A stretch of 64,000 bases of DNA from positions 199,385 through 263,384 of the forward strand of contig CBDFFU010000003.1 of the NCBI GenBank assembly GCA_965246875.1, read 5' to 3'. How positions within the stretch are numbered: the first letter of the stretch is position 1; every line of letters begins with the position of its first letter. The position numbers and the translations under genes are program-made. The stretch comes from Alphaproteobacteria bacterium (GTDB taxonomy: Bacteria > Pseudomonadota > Alphaproteobacteria > Micavibrionales > SZUA-601). Under the pieces are notes generated by a model, which had not been told where the DNA came from, made no database searches, and saw only the letters and a program-made list of their open reading frames with translations. This document shows, one piece after another, positions 57,834 to 64,000 of this stretch.

Positions 57834-59486
57834 TCAATTATCTTGTAAGATCGCTGACAGCTTTCCCTGGAGTTCTGCCGGATTAAAAGGCTTAGCCATA
57901 TAATCGTTCATGCCAGCGCCAAGACAGCTTTCCCGATCGCCCGACAAGGCATGTGCCGTCACGCCAATGATATGAGCAGGTTTCATCTGATTATTTCTTT
58001 CGTATTCGCGAATTAATTTTGTCGTCTCGAATCCGCTTATACCTGGCATCTGGACATCCATCAAAATAACTGAATACTGCCTTTTTTGATAGTATTCAAA
58101 GCCTTCCAAGCCATTCCTTGCGATATCATGGTTATAGCCAAACTGCTCAAGATAGTTTGTCGCGACAACAATATTTGGCTCATAGTCCTCAATGACTAGA
58201 ACCCGCGCTGAATGCGGAATATTTTCGTCAGGTTTAAAATCCGCTAACTGCTTAGCTTTTTCTTCTGAACTGATTTCAACGGTTGGTAAATGTAGCGATA
58301 CCGTAAATGTCGATCCTTGGCCGAGCTTGCTTTCAACCTGTATGCTGCCGCCCATGATTTCTACAAGGGTCTTGGTTATCGCCAGGCCGAGGCCGGTGCC
58401 GCCATATTTGCGACTAATAGAGCTATCGGCCTGCACGAATTTCTCAAAAATCGTTTCCAGCTGTTTTGCAGAAATTCCGATTCCAGTGTCCTTGATGCTT
58501 ATCGAAATATTTTCGACGCCAGGCGTCTCATGCGTCGAACAAACGATTGATATATGCACGCTTCCTGCTTCAGTGAACTTAATGGCGTTACTGCACAAGT
58601 TAAGCAAAATTTGCCTGATTCTGGTCGGGTCGCCCAAAAACATTTTCTCTTCGACGCACTCATCGTCCATCACAAATTTCAGGCCTTTTTCCTTTAGTCG
58701 CATGCTCATCATGCTAATGATCTCATGCATGATCTGGCCAAGATTGAAAGGAATGTGCTCCAGATCGACCGTGCGAGACTCTATTTTGGAGATATCCAGC
58801 AAATCATTCATAAGCGCCAGCAAGGAATCCGCGCTCATCTGCAAGGTTTTGATAAAATCTTTTTGTTTTGCAGTCAAAGGCTGGCTTGCGGCTATGATGT
58901 TTGACAGGCCGATAATTGCGTTCATTGGTGTTCTGATTTCATGGCTCATATTGGCCAGAAATTCTGATTTGGCGATGTTTGCCTCATCAGCCTTAACCTT
59001 CGCTTCTAACAGCTCTGCGTTGGCCTTTGCCAGTTCGCTTGTCCGCTCTTGAACTTTTTGTTCAACTTCATCGTAAGCCGTGCTCAATTTGTGATTAAGT
59101 TCTTGCAGTTGCAAAGGGCTGGGAATTTTCAAGGCGCCCGGCATAACACGCCAGACGAATAAGGCCGTAGCTGCTGAAGCGATCCCGGTTGCTAGCATGA
59201 CCAGGCCTTCTATCCCGTAAACGGGCAGCCAAAGCACAATAATTCCAAAGACATGGGTCAAGCCGCATAAGAATATGAACGTCGCAAAGAGGATAAAAAC
59301 CTTGCTAAACGGCATGTCAGGGCGTTTCTTAGCGAAATGCCAGAGTGCTACCGGAATGCTAAAATAACTGACGGCAATCATGATATTGGCAATAACATGC
59401 AGCCAGACGATTTCCGGCAGCCAAAGAAAGCAGTAGCCGTGCGGTGCCATGAAATTGGAACTGAAAAATTGATGGATGCGATTCAT
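57834..59486 (-). CDS. hybrid sensor histidine kinase with N-terminal multi-TM sensor (HisKA-HATPase-REC)
   Basis: N-terminus [16 protein letters not shown]... with 4-5 TM helices, a coiled coil, the H-box [11 protein letters not shown] boxes and a receiver domain. Confidence 0.9.
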   Translation of the reverse strand: MNRIHQFFSSNFMAPHGYCFLWLPEIVWLHVIANIMIAVSYFSIPVALWHFAKKRPDMPFSKVFILFATFIFLCGLTHVFGIIVLWLPVYGIEGLVMLATGIASAATALFVWRVMPGALKIPSPLQLQELNHKLSTAYDEVEQKVQERTSELAKANAELLEAKVKADEANIAKSEFLANMSHEIRTPMNAIIGLSNIIAASQPLTAKQKDFIKTLQMSADSLLALMNDLLDISKIESRTVDLEHIPFNLGQIMHEIISMMSMRLKEKGLKFVMDDECVEEKMFLGDPTRIRQILLNLCSNAIKFTEAGSVHISIVCSTHETPGVENISISIKDTGIGISAKQLETIFEKFVQADSSISRKYGGTGLGLAITKTLVEIMGGSIQVESKLGQGSTFTVSLHLPTVEISSEEKAKQLADFKPDENIPHSARVLVIEDYEPNIVVATNYLEQFGYNHDIARNGLEGFEYYQKRQYSVILMDVQMPGISGFETTKLIREYERNNQMKPAHIIGVTAHALSGDRESCLGAGMNDYMAKPFNPAELQGKLSAILQDN

Positions 59487-59588
59487 AACAGTATTTTACA
59501 AGATCAGCATCAAATTGAAATATAGGTTTATAATTTTATATGTAATATTTTTGATTGATATAGTGACATTAGTTTCCAACTAAACCAA

Positions 59589-61541
59589 TCAATGCAAAAT
59601 TTTCAAGTTTTTTTGGATCCTGTTCTTTAAATCATCTGGATTAAACGGTTTTGCAATATAATCATTCATCCCTACCGCTAAACAACGTTCCCGGTCTCCG
59701 GTTAATGCATGTGCTGTCATGCCAATAATAGGAATAGGGTTAATACCTAGCTCTTTTTCATGAGCGCGTATTGCTTTTGTTGCATCGAACCCATTCATAC
59801 CATGCATCTGCACATCCATCAGGATAAGCGCGTAGCGTTTTGATTTAATTTTATTTAAAGCCTCCTTACCGTCACTGGCAACTTCATATTGGTAACCAAA
59901 CAATTCAAGAAGCGTTGTCGCTACTAATATATTTGGAGGATAATCTTCTACAAGGAGTATTAATGGACTATTTTTATTAATCACAAGTTGTTCTGCTTTG
60001 GATGCTAGGGTGTTACTGGATTGTTGAACGTGATCGCCTCGCATCAATGGCAAGCAAATAGTAAACACGCTCCCAACGCCTTCCCGGCTTTCGACAGTGA
60101 TTTCTCCACCCATAATTTCAGTCAACGTTTTTGTAATGGCTAAACCCAGACCAGTGCCACCATATTTTCGATTGATAGATGAATCCGCTTGGGTGAATTT
60201 GTGAAAAATTGTCTCAAGCTTATCTTTGGCGATGCCGATTCCAGTGTCATGGACACGAATGCGGACATCATCATGCGTTTCATTATCTAATCTGGCTTGA
60301 AATTCTAAAGTGATCCGCACTTCACCATGCTCGGTAAACTTGAAGGCGTTACTACACAAATTCAGCAATATCTGCCGGATGCGCGTCGGATCACCGATAT
60401 AAGTATTTCCGGACGATACCATCTCATCAAAAACAAAATTCAGGCCTTTTTCTGTGGCTCGCATGGACATGACGCTGATGACAGGTTCCAAGAGCTCGGC
60501 GATGGAAAAAGGTATGTGTTCCAGTTCAATTGAGCGGGATTCAATCTTCGATATATCGAGCAGGTCATTGATCAAGTTCAATAACGAACCAGCTGAAAGC
60601 TGCAACGTTTTGATAAATTCAGTTTGCTGCGCGGTTAAAGGCTTGCTCATAGCCAATATATTGGAAAGACCGATTACTGCATTCATCGGTGTCCGGATTT
60701 CATGGCTCATATTGGCCAGAAACTCCGATTTAGCGATGTTGGCGGCATGGGCTTGATCCCTGGCATTCACCAGCTCCTGAATGTCTGTACATGTGCCATA
60801 CCAGATCTTGATCTGCCCTTCGGCATCCCGTGCGGGAACGCCGCGCACCATAAACCAGCGGTATTCACCATCATGTCGCTTGATACGGTATTCTATGTCA
60901 TAGTCGGCTTTGTCGGCAACGGCGTCTTGCCAGGCCAATATGACACGTTCTTTATCATCGGGATGGATATAGGCAGTCCATTGATAACCCAGCAGATCGT
61001 CGATCGGGACGCCTGTATAGTCTTGCCATTGCTTGCTTAAATATTCGCACCATCCATCGGAGGCGCGGTCAATCCACACAAGTTGCGGCATCGCCTCTGT
61101 TAGCAATTTCCAATCTTGGTCTCGTTTCTGCAAAGCATTTAAGATTTCACACTTTTCGTGAATGTCTATGCAAGCGCTGATGAAACCGACGAACTTGCCA
61201 TTTTCCTCATAATGTGGCTTACCGCGATTTAACAGCCATCGGTATTCACCGCTATGGTGCTTAAGCCGGTATTCCATCTCAAACGGGGTACGCTTGTCAA
61301 AATTTGTAGAGTAAATATTTAAGCATCGCCTTAAATCATCAGGGTGGATGAGTTCACTCCAGCCATTTCCAGTCTTTTGTTCAAGCGTGCGACCCGTGAA
61401 GTCAAGCCAGTCGCGGTTACACCACACACAGTCTTTCGATAAATCAGAAATCCAAACGAGCGCAGGCAAAGAATTAGCCAGAGATGCAAGCTGTTCTGTA
61501 TCTATTTTTGCCGTGACTTGTTTCGGTAATGTTTCAGACAA
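59589..61541 (-). CDS. cytoplasmic hybrid sensor histidine kinase (2x PAS-HisKA-HATPase-REC)
   Basis: Two PAS/PAC units (WISD..WCNRDWLDFTG, EYRWLLNRG, then a second with EYRWFMVRG). The transmitter and receiver are highly similar to 57834..59486. Confidence 0.9.
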   Translation of the reverse strand: MSETLPKQVTAKIDTEQLASLANSLPALVWISDLSKDCVWCNRDWLDFTGRTLEQKTGNGWSELIHPDDLRRCLNIYSTNFDKRTPFEMEYRLKHHSGEYRWLLNRGKPHYEENGKFVGFISACIDIHEKCEILNALQKRDQDWKLLTEAMPQLVWIDRASDGWCEYLSKQWQDYTGVPIDDLLGYQWTAYIHPDDKERVILAWQDAVADKADYDIEYRIKRHDGEYRWFMVRGVPARDAEGQIKIWYGTCTDIQELVNARDQAHAANIAKSEFLANMSHEIRTPMNAVIGLSNILAMSKPLTAQQTEFIKTLQLSAGSLLNLINDLLDISKIESRSIELEHIPFSIAELLEPVISVMSMRATEKGLNFVFDEMVSSGNTYIGDPTRIRQILLNLCSNAFKFTEHGEVRITLEFQARLDNETHDDVRIRVHDTGIGIAKDKLETIFHKFTQADSSINRKYGGTGLGLAITKTLTEIMGGEITVESREGVGSVFTICLPLMRGDHVQQSSNTLASKAEQLVINKNSPLILLVEDYPPNILVATTLLELFGYQYEVASDGKEALNKIKSKRYALILMDVQMHGMNGFDATKAIRAHEKELGINPIPIIGMTAHALTGDRERCLAVGMNDYIAKPFNPDDLKNRIQKNLKILH

Positions 61542-61597
61542 AGACGAAGCCTACCCATTATAAACAGAGGGCTATTTTAGCTTTGTTGGGATTCTTT

Positions 61598-62611
61598 ACA
61601 AGAAGTTATACAATGATTTTGCCAACACAACGTTAGAAATCGTTCCACTCGCCGTAACAACCGGTGTGAGAAAACGACGTGTTGAGGAACTGGCTAGAAT
61701 TCTTGCAGCCGATGGATTCTATTATTCAGGTGCCAAACCGTCCAATCAAGGCATGTTTAAAGGACAACAAGTGGTTCTGGGACCCCGGCGCGATCATTTA
61801 CCTATTCACATAAAATAAAATCTTGTCATCAAGCATGGCTATAAATAATCTGGTTGATAAAATAGATTAAAAGCTGATATTAGGTAACATGATTGTTCAT
61901 CCCACCCCTACAGGCTGGAGCATTATTCACCAGCAAGCACATGGCCTTCTAGCGTTTCAGCTAGCGTTGCACTGGAAACATGAAAAACGTCCGACTAACT
62001 GGTCCGAAACGCTAGCTGCTCTGTTGGAGCATGATGATGGGCAAGATCCCTTTACCAAACACAATCATATATCAGAAGCCGGCGCGCCACTGCAATTTGT
62101 ACCCTATTCTATCACTCAGTGTCATCGCATGATTGACATTGCCTTGTATAAGAGTCGCTGGAATGCCCTTATGGTTTCACGTCATGCGACGTTTCTGTAT
62201 AAATCGAGACGAGGAGAAAATAAAGACCTTGACAGTTTTCTGGATAAACAGAAAGAAAATCAAAAGAAATGGCTCAAAGAAGGTAGTTTTCGCTTGAAAG
62301 ATGTCGACTACGCTTATGCTTTTCTACAATGGTGTGATGCACTCTCGCTTGTACTCTGCCGTGAAGAGATTCCGCCAGAGGAACGCCAGCTTGAGGTCAG
62401 CAAAGGTCCGGACGGAATTCATTACTTCATCCATCAACGCCGCAGCGACCAATCTTTAACTATTGACCCTTGGCCGTTTTCAACGACCCACTTCGATGTT
62501 TACACCGAGACCTACAACTTACAGAAATTGAAGTTTAAAGATGATCACGAACTTAAAACTCTAATTTCTGCCACGGCGCCGACACAAAAAAAATGGGTTT
62601 TCAAGAAGTAA
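61598..62611 (+). repeat. about 1-kb direct repeat, copy 2
   Basis: See copy 1. Confidence 0.85.
61889..62611 (+). CDS. conserved hypothetical protein, possibly DUF3891-like (copy 2)
   Basis: 240 aa, matching 35525..36247 at 229 of 240 residues. Confidence 0.5.
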   Translation: MIVHPTPTGWSIIHQQAHGLLAFQLALHWKHEKRPTNWSETLAALLEHDDGQDPFTKHNHISEAGAPLQFVPYSITQCHRMIDIALYKSRWNALMVSRHATFLYKSRRGENKDLDSFLDKQKENQKKWLKEGSFRLKDVDYAYAFLQWCDALSLVLCREEIPPEERQLEVSKGPDGIHYFIHQRRSDQSLTIDPWPFSTTHFDVYTETYNLQKLKFKDDHELKTLISATAPTQKKWVFKK

Positions 62612-62733
62612 ACAGGATATTATTAAGGTGGTTTTTAAAGATGGCTGTAAGTTCTGTACTCACTTAGCACTTTCTTGGCTCAAGAATATAGCTTAACGGT
62701 TCGAGACCGATCGTTGAGAATTTCACCAAGAGT

Positions 62734-63075
62734 TCAGAGATGCAAACAGATGAATGACTTGGTTTCATTGTAAGCTAAACAATTAGGATCAGCGGACTCT
62801 AGCAAATTGCGTTCAGCTTTCACATATCGAATATGGGATCCAGTTTTATTATATATAATCGTTAGACACGTCTCGATGAGTGTTAGATATATTTTTGCAT
62901 GTTTTCGCCACTGGCTTAAAAATACGTCAAAATTCAAAAGATTAGTCTGGGAGTTTAATTTTTCTAAATCTGTTTTCAAGTTAGCCATAGAGATAATCGA
63001 TTGAATTTCATCTGAGATCAGCGTTTCTCCAGCAATATCGCTGGCACAAGACAACCAAACAACTGAATAGAACAA
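62734..63075 (-). CDS. hypothetical protein
   Basis: 113-aa AT-rich ORF with no motif recognised. Confidence 0.25.
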   Translation of the reverse strand: MFYSVVWLSCASDIAGETLISDEIQSIISMANLKTDLEKLNSQTNLLNFDVFLSQWRKHAKIYLTLIETCLTIIYNKTGSHIRYVKAERNLLESADPNCLAYNETKSFICLHL

Positions 63076-63095
63076 TTTATCGGATAATATAAATT

Positions 63096-63614
63096 ATGAT
63101 TATCTTAGCCCACCTTTTATCATTATTTATTGTGATTTTATCAATAATAGGTATTGGCGTTACAGTTTTATTCTTAGATGCACCGAATATGTATCCCACT
63201 ATAATGTATGACATCATGATTAACTTAGTTGGTATAACAATTCTGTTATTTCCAGCCGCATTCTTGTTAAAGAGATTTTATCATCCTCTTGTATTTCTAC
63301 CTTTGGCTGAAAGCGCCCCGTTATTAATTTTAGCTATATTATTATCGACAGGTATTATCAAATATTCAGTAATAGACCCCAATCGAAATGATGGACAGAA
63401 CTTAAAACAACTAGATAAAGCTGCAGGTAAACCCATTAACTTCTTTTTTGAAAAATCTCTAAAATACGCTAAAAGAGATTATATAGACTTTGCCGCCGCG
63501 ATTGCCTTTGCGTGCACCACCAAAGCAGCTCTCATCAACTTCGATCTCGCCGTCGAACGGACATTCATCATCGAGATAATAAGCGATCATCTCGCGCAGT
63601 TTGTGATAAAATAA
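63096..63614 (+). CDS. membrane protein whose 3' end reads through an IS remnant (chimeric ORF)
   Basis: The first about 130 aa form 3-4 TM helices. The last about 40 codons lie antisense to the IS1016-like fragment. Confidence 0.35.
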   Translation: MIILAHLLSLFIVILSIIGIGVTVLFLDAPNMYPTIMYDIMINLVGITILLFPAAFLLKRFYHPLVFLPLAESAPLLILAILLSTGIIKYSVIDPNRNDGQNLKQLDKAAGKPINFFFEKSLKYAKRDYIDFAAAIAFACTTKAALINFDLAVERTFIIEIISDHLAQFVIK

Positions 63615-63737
63615 TGTCGCTGAGTAACGGTTTATACCAGCCAGTTCAGCCGCTGTCCGGGCGGTTACACCTCCAACAAACAGTTCGAGCAGCTTTGACT
63701 GCTTATAAGTATTTAATCTGCAACGTCTTTAAACCAT
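63478..63737 (-). pseudogene. IS1016-group (IS1595 family) transposase remnant
   Basis: The minus strand reads M-V-stop-RRCRLNTYKQSKLLELFVGGVTARTAAELAGINRYSATLFYHKLREMIAYYLDDECPFDGEIEVDESCFGGARKGNRGGKV. This is collinear with the IS1016 transposase N-terminus as I recall it. It has a stop at codon 3 and is truncated after about 85 aa. Confidence 0.7.
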
Positions 63738-63868
63738 AAAACCATCATAGATAGTACTCCTTATCTAGGCCAGCCCCTAACTGTAAATGAATTATTTACT
63801 TTCTTATTATATTTTTTAGACACTTAAATATAAATTCTATACAAATCAGAGTATATAAAAGATATCCA

Positions 63869-64000
63869 ATGATCAATTCTTCCCAACTTTTAAATCAGTT
63901 TAAAAAGCGACCAATCGTTGCTTGTGGCATCGCGATTATATTGCTCGCCGTTGTCTACATCGGCTTAAACGCCCATTCTTTTGGTCAGGGAGTCAATGAG
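63869..64000 (+). CDS. partial ORF running off the window (N-terminal TM anchor)
   Basis: ATG at 63869. MINSSQLLNQFKKRPIVACGIAIILLAVVYIGLN... stays open to the window end. Confidence 0.25.
   Translation, partial: MINSSQLLNQFKKRPIVACGIAIILLAVVYIGLNAHSFGQGVNE

Noticed and set aside
62680-62730. A tRNA-like T-arm (AACGG-TTCGAGA-CCGAT) just outside the right-hand direct repeat, which could be a tRNA or att remnant.
   Set aside because: I could not build an acceptor stem, D-arm or anticodon arm from the surrounding sequence. The distance from the T-loop to the nearby CACCA is too long. It is not callable as a tRNA or a fragment from sequence alone.
1-64000. Search for CRISPR arrays, rRNA and complete tRNA genes.
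   Set aside because: I saw no regularly spaced 25-40-nt direct repeats with unique spacers, no rRNA-like conserved blocks, and no sequence that I could fold into a full cloverleaf in any intergenic gap.

Overview
All family names below come from my own reading of motifs in the supplied translations. No database search was run.

The window looks like an alphaproteobacterium-type chromosome segment, judged from the housekeeping proteins. It has two halves.

**Left half (about 1-31 kb): mostly core genes, about 50-55% GC by hand counts.**
- TCA-cycle genes sucD, sucC and sucA
- clpS and clpA
- prfB with its classical +1 frameshift site
- polA, apaG, pgi, class II fba and epmA
- a porin, an OmpA-family lipoprotein and two orphan family-3 solute-binding proteins

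The core half carries small accessory insertions:
- a 265-bp MITE-like palindromic element sitting exactly in the clpS-stop/clpA-start overlap
- an 87-aa membrane ORF wedged between sucC and sucD
- two orphan genes that break up the suc cluster

**Right half (about 31-64 kb): an AT-rich accessory mosaic.**
- an 832-aa Cys-rich lipoprotein whose ORF switches from about 63% GC to about 30-40% GC
- a 26.4-kb block bracketed by about 1-kb direct repeats
- inside the block:
  - a single-polypeptide type IIG-like restriction-modification candidate
  - a lysR-ABC-HlyD-TolC type I secretion-like operon whose ABC protein has a degenerate ATPase
  - a LuxO/LuxU-like phosphorelay with three hybrid kinases, lying next to a GG-N10-GC sigma-54 promoter in front of a lone flagellin gene
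  - a decayed integrative module (DUF2924-like gene, truncated serine recombinase, AlpA-like HTH, iteron-like repeat clusters)
  - a fasciclin protein
  - a convergent ATP-grasp / LPG-synthase-TM pair
- beyond the block's right-hand repeat (after 62.6 kb): an IS1016-like transposase remnant

I could support no rRNA, tRNA or CRISPR array.

The most interesting candidates are the LuxO/LuxU-sigma-54-flagellin circuit, the ATPase-dead type I secretion-like operon, the repeat-bracketed island and the clpS/clpA MITE.
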